Shown: positions 43,116 to 55,549 of the stretch, in pieces
Layout: each line of letters starts with the position of its first letter
Numbering within the stretch: position 1 is the first letter of the stretch
Source of the DNA: the human T2T-CHM13v2.0 reference genome, Homo sapiens
Assembly (NCBI RefSeq): GCF_009914755.1
Contig: NC_060940.1
Length of the DNA: 64,000 bases
Strand: one strand, 5' to 3'
Position numbers and translations under genes: made by a program
Notes under the pieces: model-generated
The model's input: only the letters and a program-made list of their open reading frames with translations
Told to the model about the DNA's origin: nothing
Databases searched by the model: none

Positions 43116-43451
43116 GGCCAGGTGCAGTGGCTCATGCCTGTAATCCCAGCATTTTGGGAGGCTGAGGTGGGTGGATCACTTGAGGCCAGAAATTTGAGAG
43201 CAGCCTGGCCAACATGGCAAAACATTGTCTCTACAAAAAATACAAAAATTAACCAGGCATGGTGGCATGCATCTGTAATTTCAGCTACTTGGGAGGCTGA
43301 GGCATGAGAATTGCTTGAATCCAGGAGGCAGAGGTTATGGTGAGTCAAGGTTGCACCACTGCACTGCAGACTGGGCAACAGAGCAAGGCTGTGTCAGAAG
43401 GAGAAGGAGAGGAAGGGGAAGTGGGAGGGGCAGGAGTAGGGGAAGGAGGAG
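43116..43451 (+). mobile_element. old Alu (AluJb/AluSz6-like) with G-rich tail and 17-bp TSD, inserted in a minus-strand L2
   Basis: Full dimer; 'cacttgaggccag'; TSD aattttataatgaataa at 43099-43115 and 43452-43468. Confidence 0.9.
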
Positions 43452-44574
43452 AATTTTATAATGAATAAGACACTGTCCCCACTCTGAGGAATTTATCAGG
43501 GTGTAAAATAGACAAATAACAATAGAGATTGACAAAGGGAATCAGAAACACAACTTACTTGTTCAGGGAAGGTAGGGAAGGCTCTGAGAACACAAAGCAT
43601 GATAGAAGAGGATCAAAGGATGAGAGAAATTATTTTCAAGCTAATAAGAATGACATGCAAGGGCTACTTCCTTAGAAACTATTTTCTGGGTCTTTGTGTA
43701 TACATGTAGACCTTAGAGATAAAAGATTACCCTAGATTTCTGTACAACATCAAATTTGGATAAATCTAATATTCTCACATATTCCTAAAAGAATTTGTCA
43801 TTGAAATAATAAAGAATCCTGTGGTAAATATTTTTAGTGAAAATTCCTGAGTTCTATATATTTGAGTTTTCTAAGAATATTATGTGAACCAAAATGCTGA
43901 GAAAGAAATTATGTTTTCCATCCCACAAGTCCATTGTTAGCTCTCTTTTCATTTCCTGCCTTATTTGCCAATAATACCACAGAAAATGAGGGGAAAAAAT
44001 GGTTGTCTTACAACAGATAACACAGCAAGTGGTTTAGAAGTATTTACCTTCTGTAACCATGATATATACCAAGTGCTAAATAAACACTTGTTGATTTGGC
44101 TTGGCCTGGTTACAAGTGTAGCCTCCCAAAGAAAATAGTTTAGTCAGAATTATATTACCTTGAGCCAAAGGCTGCTGAAAGACATACAAATCAAAGACCA
44201 GGTGCATGGGATCTTTCAGTTTTAATATTCAAAACAGAAAACAAAAATGGTATCTGAGAGTAAGAATAGGTAGCATTTTAGAATTGGTTTCCCAAGAGGA
44301 GTCACTAGACTCATACATCATTTTGGTGACTGTTTTAACCAGAATGTCTCAAATAACTTTAGCTTTGCAAATAGATTACAAAGTTCTGTACATGTCTACC
44401 TTCTCCAGGAGAATCACAACCCTTCAAGTTCATCTCCAAACATCTAGCTTTATTTTGAAAGCAGAGAATGGAAGAAAAATGGATTCAGACCAGGGGTCAC
44501 AAAAATTGAGGGGTTTTGGCTTGAAGTCTGGGGGTAAAGTTGGCATCCTATAAATATCACTTTGGGATTTATCA

Positions 44575-44938
44575 TTGTAGGGCCTGCCAGCCAAACTTCT
44601 TAGGCCAGCATTTGCATCTCTTTGCCTAAGAGCTTTGTAGGTCAGAGTCCATTCTGCCCCAAGTGTTAAAGTGTTAATGCCCCCAGTTAAAGCACTCAAC
44701 AATGACTGCTGGGTATCTGTGTATCTCTGTCAGGTGGGAACTCTAAGCAGAGTTCTACACTGGTTCTCAGAGTTCCTCAGTAGGAGTAAGCTTTTTACTC
44801 ACAGAGGTAATTTGCTGTTTCACTTTCCCAATCGTCTATCTATTCATGTTTTCTGGGATCACCTCCTGGATAAACCATGTGCATGTTCATTTGAATTCTT
44901 GCCTCAGGGTCAGCTTCTCAGGCAACCCAAACTAACAG
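44575..44938 (+). mobile_element. LTR16-like (ERVL) LTR
   Basis: 3' end 'tctgggatcacctcc...ctcagggtcagcttctcaggcaacccaaactaaca'. Confidence 0.6.
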
Positions 44939-46133
44939 AGGTTGTTTTTGTTTTAAACAAAGACCATCATTACCCATCCCTCCCCACACCTCTTCTATTT
45001 AAGAAGATGGTGGCATCATCAAAAAAAAAATCACACACTCTCTGAAGGAGCTCACACATTTTGCAGTGGGGAACTTGAAGCAATTATCTGGACAAGTCAA
45101 GTCAAAGCTACTGTCAATGAGAATCGTGGCTTACTGGAGCACATGCATTGGTTTTTGCTTCACTTATTTGCATAATTGCCTAGATTCTCAGCTTAGTGTG
45201 TGTAGACCTGATGAAGAACAATTAATGATCTAACATGAGGGGGACCCATTTCTGTGGCTTCTGGCCAAGAGGGAGACATATCACTGTCAAAGACAGCCAT
45301 CTGGGGAGAATCTCTCAGGGGGAGAATTTTCCCTTTCAATTAGGAGCAAACTAAAAACCATGATGAAAACTGCTTTTTATGAAATCAAGCCATGGAAATT
45401 AAACTTTCAGGAAAATAGTTTAAATTTTAGCCTTGGAGCCCTCTCTGTTGTTCCATTGGAGAATTTTCCAGAACGTGTCAGACTTTGCTATAAGCTTCTA
45501 TAACAGGCTTGCTTTTGACGTTTCAGTGAATTCGGTGAATGTTTGTCTGAAGAAGTAGTGTAGCTTTGGGAAGAAAATTGCATTTAAATTCCATGTTTAT
45601 TCCTGCTATAGGGGAATCATTGTAATAAGTGAAACTCTAGTCTTAGGTTTCTGTTCAAATTAGAATATGCAATAAAATTTCAAAAAATTAGTGAATATAA
45701 GTTTTAGAACAGTTCCTTAATCTAGTGGTTGAGTACTAGAATACTAACAATGAGACTCAGTGATATTACATGAAGAGTAAAAGATCAACAAATAGCACCA
45801 AAAAGAAAATCAGCTTCTCTGTTTCTTGTTTATATTAATTGCTGGATCTCTTTGAAGAGCCAAAAATTGAATTTAAGACCTTTAGTTCTTTTAAGTCTCT
45901 CTAACCAAACTTATCAGAAAAAGATAATAACATCTTCACCCATTCGTCACTATTATTCTATTTATATATTTCTAAGATCAATCAGTACAACACTGATGAA
46001 TGTGGTTTAACTAAAACGGCTCCAATATTATTTTCAATATATTCCCTTAATCTAAAAAAGCTATATTATTTTGGCTGAATTATAGGCAAAATAATATAGC
46101 TCACAGCAGAACCTGGTGGCTTCAGATGGTTAA

Positions 46134-46492
<359 letters not shown>

Positions 46493-47280
46493 CCATTTCA
46501 TTTGTTAAAGCACAAATCAGAACAATGAGTTAGTGTCTTCTTCCCATATGTGGAAGACTTGCTCAAACAAATCCATGTCGCTGACAAGTCGCAGCTACAA
46601 GTTTAGCTTGGGGATGACCAGGGAGAGTTGCCTCACCTGGAGTGAGGTCAGATTCAGAAAATGTTCAGACTGAATGATCCACACTGAGTTTCTTTTTGTT
46701 TCTCAATCACTGCATGCCATGTCTTTCCTTGGGGCTTTGTATCCACTTTTCTCGGTGCCTGTAACACTCGGTAGCCCGCCATCCGTCCACCACCCCCACC
46801 CACTTACTCTCATGCTGCTAGGATTCATATTTCAGGTGTTAGTTTACATGGGGTTTTCCCAGAGGAGGTTGCTCTTTATGCGCTTTTTGCACTTTTGCTA
46901 TCTCCATCTTCACTCCACTTCTAATCCTTGGTTGGTTTGTCTGCCCATCTCAGCTCACGACTTATCTGCGTCCTCCCGCCCACGTGTTCTTTGACTATTC
47001 CTCCAAATTGGCCTTGGCATAGTCTCCCCTAATCTGTGCCATGGCCGACTTCTTTTTCCATGCCCTTCCATTCATAGCTTCTCCCTTATTCATGCTCCTG
47101 GGCTCCTTTCTTTTCTTTATTGCAACATTTCCAAGGTGTTTCCAGGAGCCCTTCTAACTCTGAGATTCAGGAAATCTGGATTTATATACCCACTCTGCAT
47201 TTATTTATATGTGATCTAGGAAAAATAACTTCTTCTGGCTAGATCTGATCTACCACAAAAGTCCCCAAAATGGACTAAAT

Positions 47281-47340
47281 CAGAAGTCAGCAACCATTTT
47301 TTGAAGCAGCCTGATAGTAAATGTTTTAGACTCTGCCGGG
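47281..47340 (-). mobile_element. MER58 terminal fragment (~60 bp)
   Basis: 'cagaagtcagcaaccattttttg...gatagtaaatgttttagactctg' matches the starts of the MER58 copies at 48807 and 57807. Confidence 0.6.
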
Positions 47341-47772
47341 GTGGACTCCCATCTGAAGGTTCTGGGGAAGAGCATGTTTCCAGGCACATTTAGGTTGTTG
47401 GCAGTATTTAGTTCCTTGTGATATAGAATGGAGGTCTCCATTTCTTGGCTACCATCAGCGGAAGCCGCTCTCAGCTCCAAGAGGCTGTGCTCCAATCCCT
47501 CCATTGTCAAAGTCAGCAGCAGTGCATCAAATCCTTCTTGTGAGTCAAATCTTTCTAACTTCCTCTCCTGCCACCAACTGGAGAAAATTGCTAATCTTCC
47601 TATCTTCAAGTCAAAGAATTGGTAATGTTAATTACATCCGCAAAATCCCTTTTGTCATGTTAATGTAACAAAATCATGGGAGTAATAGCCAGCATATTTA
47701 TATTCCTGGAGATTAGAGCAGGAAATCTTGAAGACTTGGGGAAAATATTTTTTTACAATTCTGCCTGCCACA
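47341..47772 (-). mobile_element. MLT1D-like LTR lacking its 3' end
   Basis: 'aggttctggggaagag...aggttgttggcag...aattacatccgcaaaatcccttttg...aattctgcctgccaca'. Confidence 0.7.
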
Positions 47773-48806
47773 CTTAGAGTGGGCTTTGTGCATTGGCCCT
47801 TGACTTCAATCTGTTCCCTTAGACCTACAGTTATTGGCGTGGCTCTGACAACACCTTCCTCTTATTTCTGTGGCTGACATCTGTTGATTCACTACATCCC
47901 CACTAACCCTGGTGAAAAGATACCTGCCTCCACCTCCCACCTCATTCCCAGCATTCCCTTCAGGCCTCATTTACATAGAACTGGAAAGTGACGTGGGAAC
48001 TTATTTCTACGTTCACCCTACTCTCCAAGCACCAAATTTTAATCCTAGTGTTTTTGTTTGTTCGTTTGTTTTCTCCCCACACCACCTCCCTGTTTTCAGG
48101 ATAAGGGAGAATATCTCCCCTTCCATAGCTCTCCCAGGTCCACTCTGAATCTTAGGGGAAATCTATGCCTTCCGGGATTTCTCTACATTACTATGCCCCC
48201 TTTCTTTAAGGCTGGCTGATCCTCAAAGTCATCCCAGTTTACTCTTGGCTTCAAAAAATGCTCAGAATAATGAATCACAACAAAAATGAGTTCTCCTTGA
48301 GATGAGTCAGCTGAGACAAGAGTGGAAACTCATGAACAGAAAACCAGTCTAACTTGCTTTGCCATTCGTGGTAACTTGGTTTCCGGACATCATTGCTCCT
48401 GGAAAGAGAAATGGTGTTTGACAGGAGCCAAGGAGAATCCTTGCTGTCATGACTGAACAGAAAGATGTTTTCACAGAGGCTAAGAAACGGGGGCGGGGTG
48501 CAGGTTTGTATTATCTGGGGGTAAAACACTAGGTTCTACTGCACATCAAGCCAGAAGACAAAGCCAGGAAGATGAGAAAACCAAATTAAAATCAGTCAGA
48601 AAAGAGAATCTTCAAGGCTGAACATTACCTCCAAGAAAAATGTCCCCAAGTCAGTATCTAAGAAGGTGAATTGAAAGAGGCTTCTATGATCAAATATGAG
48701 GGAGGGGGAAATGGGTGGGAAAGAATTAAGCAAGTTTTCTGACTGCAGAATATTTCACTCTTTAAATATTTAATGGGCATCCAGAATGTCCAAAGATGGG
48801 ATACAG

Positions 48807-49019
48807 CAGGGTCAGTGAACTTTTTCTGTAAAGGGCCAGATGGTAAATATTTTAGGCTTTGCAGGCCAAATGGTCTTTGTCGCAAGTACTCAACCCTGCC
48901 ATTGCAGCAGAAAAGCAGCCACAAACAATATATAAATGAAGAGGTGTAGCTGTGTTCCAAGAAGATTTTGTTTACAAAAACAAGCAGGGGGGTAGGATTT
49001 GCCAGAATTTGACAGCCTG
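48807..49019 (-). mobile_element. MER58A
   Basis: 'cagggtcagtgaactttttctgtaaagggccagatggtaaatattttaggctttgcaggcc...aaagcagccac'. Confidence 0.85.
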
Positions 49020-50254
49020 CAAGGATAGGATATACAACATTAACCACATTTATTGGATCACAGAATCCCTCCATTCATTCATTCATTTGTTATTTTTATG
49101 GGACAAAATTAGGAGTTCCACCAGCAAGGCATGACTCTGGTTCACTATTGTTTCATGAAGGCAAACTCGGAGAATATAAGGGAAATAATGGATATATGGG
49201 AATATAAGGGAAAATAAGGGAACTCGGAACACAGAAGACTCTCAAACAAAATTTGTTGAATAGAACACATGGAATTAAGTAGTACAACAAAAAAGTCTTT
49301 CCAGGAGAATGAAATACACTGATGAGAGTTGATATATTTGAAACAATGATTCAGAACAAGAAGCAACTATGTTTTAGAATAAAATAAAAAGGAGACTAGA
49401 AGAGAACTCAGGATGAGGAGAAAGAAGAGGAGGCAAAAAATAAGGAAAGAAATATTATCAAAAGAAGAGGGGGAGGAAAAGGAAGAAGAGAAGGAATAAA
49501 GATGAGTTTCCACCCACAAGAAAATGGCTTTCTCTGCCCCTGGCTGTGTATGAGAGCATCGGCATCAGTGTCCTGAAAGGGAAAACCTTTAATGAGGTGC
49601 TAAAAAACCCTCCTTGGCATTAATTAACAAGATCACTAGGCTGTCATAATTGCAGAAAGATAAATCATCAAGAGATATTTCTTAACAGAAATGCAGGTCA
49701 TTACAAAATACTGTTTAAAGTCACATTTACATATAAAAGGATCAAATGGATGTTGTTCCACTTGGCACCCACATCCCCTCCACTCTCCACTGTGCTCCAT
49801 GCACAGGAATCAGCACACAGCTCCAGGTAAGCCAGGGGCTTTGAAATCTTTACAGAGCATCCTCCCAGAGGGGCTTGATGGATGCAGAGATGTGAGAACT
49901 GAAGGAAACCTTTGCAGGCAAAATTTCAGGACTGAAACACAGTGTCTCCGCCTGATTAACTGCCATTTACGTTACTAAATGCCTGAATCCCTCACTTCAC
50001 TGGGGTCTCCATGAGACCATTGGCCTTGTCTTTTTTTTTGTTTTTTCTGCATTGTGTTCTTAATGTTCAGCCTGTACTAGGACACTCAGTAGATGCATGT
50101 TAAAAGCAGTCATCAATTCTTCAGGACTCAGCTAAAAAGCTGCCTCCTTTCAGAAAGTTTCCCACATGTCCCAGTCTGGATGAAGGATCTATATCCTGAG
50201 ACACTGTGGCATCCTGTGCTCTCTTGTGTGGTGGGACTTAGAGAAGTAAATTGA

Positions 50255-50714
50255 CATGTTTACTGCAGCAATATTTACAATGGCAAAGATATGAAAGCAA
50301 GCTAAGTGCCCATCAATGGATGAATGAATAAAGAAAATGGTGCATATACACAATGGCATATTATTTAGCCATAAAAAAGAATGAAATCTTGTCATTTTGC
50401 AGCAACATGGATAGAACTGGAGGTCATTATGTTAAGTGAAATAAGCCAGGCAAGGAAGGACAAATATCACATGTTCTCACGCTTATGTGGGAGCTAAAAA
50501 AAAAAAAAATCTCATAGAGGTAGAGAGTAGAATGGTGGTTATCAGAGACTGGGAAAGGAAGAGGGGAAAGAGGATGAAGAGCAGTTGGTTAAAGAGTACA
50601 AAAATACACTGAGAAGAAATAAATTCTAGTATTTGATGGTACAGTAGGAAAATTATAGTTAACAATAATTTATTGTCTGTTTTAAAAAACCTAGAAGGTA
50701 TTTGTAGTGCTCTC

Positions 50715-50754
<40 letters not shown>

Positions 50755-50895
50755 AAGATAAACATTTGAGGTAATGGATATCCCAGTTACCCTGATTTGA
50801 TTATTATGCATTGTATTCAGGTATCAAAACATTATCACATGTACTCCCAAATAATATACAACTATTATATAACAATAAAAAATAAATAAAAATAA
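50255..50895 (+). mobile_element. L1MA-type 3' end
   Basis: 'gcagcaacatggatagaactggaggtcattatgttaagtgaaataagccagg', 'gtagagagtagaatggtggtta', A-rich tail. Confidence 0.85.
50717..50754. repeat. (CA)15 CG (CA)3 microsatellite
   Basis: Direct count, inside the L1MA. Confidence 0.95.
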
Positions 50896-50899
50896 GTCA

Positions 50900-51380
50900 T
50901 GTTGCTAATACATACCTTTGAAGTGAATGGATGTTATGGAAATGACTATGTCTGTATTCTTCCTTCCAAAAACCCACAACCCCAGTCCAATCATGAGAAA
51001 ATCACCTGCCAAAACCACACTTGAGGGCCATTCTACAAAATAGCCGATGATTTCTCCTTAAGACTCTCGAAGTCATCACAAACAAAGTCAGAGAAGCTGT
51101 CACAGCCAACAGGAGCTGAAGGAGACAATGATGACTAAATGTAATGTGAGATCCTAGGTGGGAAAAGGATACTAAGAACTAAGAAAATCCAAGGAAAGTG
51201 GAGAGATCAGTGAATCATAATGTATCAATATTGATTCATCAGTTGTGACAAAGGGCCCACATTAATGCAAAATGTTAAAAACGGAAAATGAGTGCAAGGT
51301 ATGGAGACGATCTGTAGTTTCCTTGCAACTTTTTCATAAATCTAAAACTACTGTAAAATAAAATGTTTAAGAAAACAAAA
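50900..51380 (+). mobile_element. L1MC-type 3' UTR
   Basis: 'cccagtccaatcatgagaaaat...cattctacaaaata...tgactaaatgtaatgtg...aaatctaaaactactgtaaaataaaa'. Confidence 0.7.
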
Positions 51381-51656
51381 TTGTGAACGAATAATAACAG
51401 AAAAACAAGGCCCCCATCAACACACTGGGGAGGGCTACCATTGTTTATGGTGAGAAAGGTGCCCCTTGGAGTTACGCAAACAGGCCTGGCTCATGCTGCA
51501 CCACCCACACCTCTTTAACTCTAGGCCGGCTCTAAGTGAGGACCCTGGGTATGGCGCCCACTGCATCCCTCACCAATCTTTCCCAGGTATCTTTTCTGTC
51601 CCATTGATAGTAGCATTTCTATTATGGCCATTGTTGCTTGATGCTTTCCGATGGAA

Positions 51657-51832
51657 GCAGAGGCTCCCCAACTTTGAAGTGCTAAGAACCACCTGGGGGT
51701 TCTTGTTAGAATGAAGGTTCCTGGGTTCCCTCCAGAGATTTTGAGTCAATCTGTCTAAGGTGAGTCTAATTCATCTTTATTTTTAACAGACCTTGGAGGT
51801 GATTCTGGTTCACACATTCTGATCAACCCTGA
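51657..51832. mobile_element. MER5-family relic
   Basis: 'taagaaccacctgggggttcttgttaga...ccctccagagattttgagtc...tttaacag...aggtgattct'. Confidence 0.6.
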
Positions 51833-52199
51833 TGTAAAAGGCTAAGCCCATTATGAAGTATCATTCTTTCACTTTTGTTTCCACATTTAGCACTGTGATG
51901 CTAGGTACCATGTGCTTGGCAGAGAGTTGACACTCAATAAATATTTGATGAAAAAATGAATGTGTGCATGCATGAACTGTCAAGCTCAACCTCCTAATTT
52001 TTGTTCTATTCAAGAACTCTGACATTGGGTGTCATGCTTAGGGATCCGTCACTGTTAGGGAGCTGCAAACCATAGGGAATTAGACCAACAAACAATGCCC
52101 ACCAACACCCAAGACCCTCCTGTGTGCAGATTGTGACTGAGAGCCAACATGGTGGGAAAGATTTTCTTTTCAAACGTGAGAGGGCTTCCTGCCATATGT

Positions 52200-52950
52200 T
52201 CTGAACCTCAGGTCATTTTGCGATTTCTTCTTTTTCTATTTTGCAGGCTCAATTAGGTGGGTTGGTTTTCTGAATCAGCAGCTCAGTCATTAGTTTGGTT
52301 GCAATTGCAGGTAGAAAACTGGAGGCACTTTTTCCCCCACAGGCAGAAAGGTGCATCTGCCATTAACTAATTGCAGGCTGACACACACCTGTTGTAGAGG
52401 CTAGACGCACGCAGACACACACCTTGATATCCAAAATGCAGTCTCTGACCTGCATGGCAGGAAAGACACAGAGGATTTACGCTCTGAAGAGGTGAGGTGT
52501 TTGGGCAGAGAAAACCTCCTCTTTCTATGGGGACTCATTCAGAGGTCATCCTTTGCGTGCCCTCAGGAGCAGAAGGACACATGGGAAGGTGGAACATTCT
52601 CTGTTCCCAGAATTCTTTTAGAATGGCCGTCATTGTTTAAGTTAGAATATTGCCGGTTAATTGTTGGCTCCCAAAGAAAAATTATGAGCAGGGGAACGGT
52701 TCTGCATGGATTTAGTGTATTTGAATAATTTAGACCCCCGCCGTTAATTTGACAGGATTGTTTTTCTCTCGCAGTAGCCTGCTGCTACAAGAATTAAAAC
52801 TGTCGGGAGTAGAAGGGGCTGTGTTGGAGCTTAGTAATGAGGTTTATCAGTCAGTAAATGATTTTATACAGCAAATTAAATGGTAAATTTTGTTTGGGTG
52901 GTAAATATTTAGAGAATAAAGATATCTGGTTAATGAGGAGGGCTGGTGTT
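52200..52950. promoter_or_regulatory. candidate conserved enhancer-like block
   Basis: Repeat-free, CpG-retaining, dense TAAT/AATTA, CATTGTT (SOX), TGACAG (MEIS) and TTTTATA motifs; inference. Confidence 0.4.
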
Positions 52951-53284
52951 TAAAAAAAGAGAGAAGAAAAAAGGAAATGTCAACCTTTTAAATCTTGAAT
53001 GTAGTTGGGATGGGTTGACAATTTGCTCACTTACAGCTCTCTCTCTCTCTCTGTTTAAATAACAGAGAATGGCTTCATTGTTTTTTATTTAAGGACCCAC
53101 TGGAAATTCTTCCCACCCATCTTTGACTTGTGCCTACCACCAGAATGAGGTAATATCTCTCTCACAAGGTTCTTAAGAACAAGTAAGAAAATAGACCTAT
53201 TAAAATGCTCATGGAGTAACACAGTATCTGGCCCAAGGTTCATTTTTTCTACTATGATGTGTTTTTAAACACAGATACTCCAGA

Positions 53285-53480
53285 GGCATGCTTGCCGTTA
53301 TCATTGTCTCTCATAACATGTTAAATTTAAATTTATGTTAATTAAAATTGCATTTAAAAAATCTAGTTCCATGGTTGCATTTGCCACATTTCTGGTGTGA
53401 ATAGTTACATGTGGTTAGTGGCTGCTGTGTTGGACGGCACAGATATAAACATTTCCATCACCACACGGAGATATGCCCTA
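53285..53480. mobile_element. MER3-like hAT-Charlie relic
   Basis: 'gccacatttc...aatagttacatgtggttagtggctgctgtgttggacggcacagatataaacatttccatca'. Confidence 0.65.
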
Positions 53481-53583
53481 GAATCTGTCTAATAACTGTG
53501 TACCTTGAGCTGGGGCACCCAGAAAACAAGGAATACCTGGGATTATTTAGTTGGTACAGAATTTTCTTGTTATCATTATTATG

Positions 53584-53740
53584 TATTATGTATCTGTATG
53601 TATATGAAAAAGAAACAGTATGCTATACTTTCATGTACATACATATACTTTCATATACATACAGATATTATGTATGTGTATGTATGTATACTTTGATATA
53701 CATACAGATATTATGTATTTGTATGTATATGAAAAACAGT
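53584..53740. repeat. AT-rich array of direct and inverted 19-bp units
   Basis: Unit tatctgtatgtatatgaaa at 53591 and 53716; its reverse complement at 53649 and 53692. Confidence 0.85.
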
Positions 53741-54049
53741 ATAACTATAACTCTTATCAAATCTGTGATTTCATACATATATTTGGGACAAGGCATTTAA
53801 GTAATGTAAAGTTTTTAAAAACAAGTCAGTTTAAGAATATATTAAAGAAATAAATATTGGTTAGGATTATTTGGCAAAAATCTTAAAGTGGTATATAAAG
53901 GAATGACTAACATTTGAAAAATACAGTGTCAATGGACATCAAGGATTGGGAAACTTAAGAGGTAAAAGAAAGAAGAGGTGAAAGTTTGTGAGCATGAAAG
54001 AAACATAGTGGAGTTGAGAGGGGTAGGTAAGGATGCTACAATCAAACTT

Positions 54050-54206
54050 TCTCTTTTTAGTTTTTTGGAGATGGGATCTCACTTTGTGGCCCGGGCTGTA
54101 GTGCAGTGCTTATCCACAGGTGCAATCATAGCATACTACAGCCTTGAACTCCCGGGCTCAAGTGATCCTCCTGCCTGAGCCTCCCAAGTAGCTCGGGCTA
54201 CAGGCT
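54050..54206 (-). mobile_element. FAM (fossil Alu monomer), slightly 5'-truncated
   Basis: Monomer retaining the 7SL-like 'tatccacaggtgcaatcatagcatactacagcc'; TSD core aatcaaact at 54040-54048 and 54209-54217. Confidence 0.8.
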
Positions 54207-54739
54207 TAAATCAAACTATTTGAACCTTCCAGTTTTGCTCTGAGCTGAATCAGGCCATCATATTATCACATACTATAGCGACCTGAATCCTAAACAGTCA
54301 ACACACACTCCCTAATTACAGCTCAGTTGGCATTGCCAGGAATCTCATTCAATATGAACTCACTATATGTTTAAAATCTTTGGAACAAGGTCCTAGAAAC
54401 TCTATGCAGCAGCCTAAAGATCCCATATATCACTGATATTTGCAGATAGACGTTGCAGATCACAAGCCAAGAGTAAAGATTGGGACATTGCAACCTACAC
54501 TCCCTGGCTCTCCATGTTGATAGGTCGAAAATCAAGTCACCATCAGTGGGACGGGTCCCTCTGCCCTCTTCTACCCCATGTGGCTTGTTCCTTGAGCCAA
54601 CTCCCTTCATCTTCCTGTCCTAGTCCACTAGTCACATTCCTACTCTCTGCTCAGAGGACGGCCTTCATTTTGGAATCTGGCATTTTGAGACCTTGGTGAC
54701 ATAGTACTATAATCTGCTCAAAAGAAAGTCAAGGAGACT

Positions 54740-55205
54740 AAAAGAGATAATCATAATCTTGCAATGTTCCAAACATAATCAACTTGGAACATTGGAAGAA
54801 GGCTTAATAAAAAGACTACTGATAAAGGTATGATCAAGGTCTAAGTAAATCACAAGGTTTAGCACCAAGGAGGCACCATTACTGTTGTTAGACCTGAAGG
54901 AACAAGGAAAGGGGGGAGGGGTTGTATGACACCTGGAGGGAGAGAACCACATAATGGATGCTGTGATGGTGAGTAAGAAGCAGCAGCTTCTCTTGACCCG
55001 CAGGGAGGGAGCCAGAAGAATAAACACCCCAACCACACACTTCTCTCTTTTTCTTGTTTCCTTACTGACGCTTCCATTGGTTGAACCTAACTGAGAGCCA
55101 GACAGTGAGGATTTTGTTGATGAATGCTGCCTTCCAGAGCAGGGAATGGAGTGCAGAGGGGTGGGTTGCCAGGGAGGAGCAAAGGAAAAGGAAGCCACCA
55201 GCATA
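54740..55205 (-). mobile_element. LTR33-like (ERVL) LTR
   Basis: 'cagggagggagccagaagaataaacacccc...cttccattggttgaacctaactgagagccaga'. Confidence 0.6.
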
Positions 55206-55549
55206 CTAGTGCCCTCTGTTCAGGTTGACTAAGCCTCATTTTTCCTCCAGGTATGGGTAAAGGGGGTGCTGAGGCCAGGAGGCTTGTGCTCTGTTTGTGC
55301 CACAGTCCCCTTGCAGGAGTTTATTCTCAATGGGGGCTCTCAGCTCTAGGGCATCACTGATTGTTTGGTGGTCTGAGAAGCACCTTTATATCCCATCTCC
55401 AAGAGGCAGAATCCATTAGCTAATTGCCTGGCTCCTATGGAGCTTGGCCACAAGATTTGGGAGGTGCCAGGCTTTCTCTTCCGCATTGTAATCTAAAACC
55501 CATAACTCAGTGCACCCACTTCCTAAACTCTCAGGAAATAAGGCCTCTA

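Noticed and set aside
53411-53853. Tyr/Ile/Cys-rich ORFs
   Set aside because: Arise from the AT-rich repeat array
55207-55225. CTCF-like motif on the minus strand (CAGAGGGCACTA)
   Set aside because: The conserved 5' CC positions are missing; cannot be supported without ChIP data
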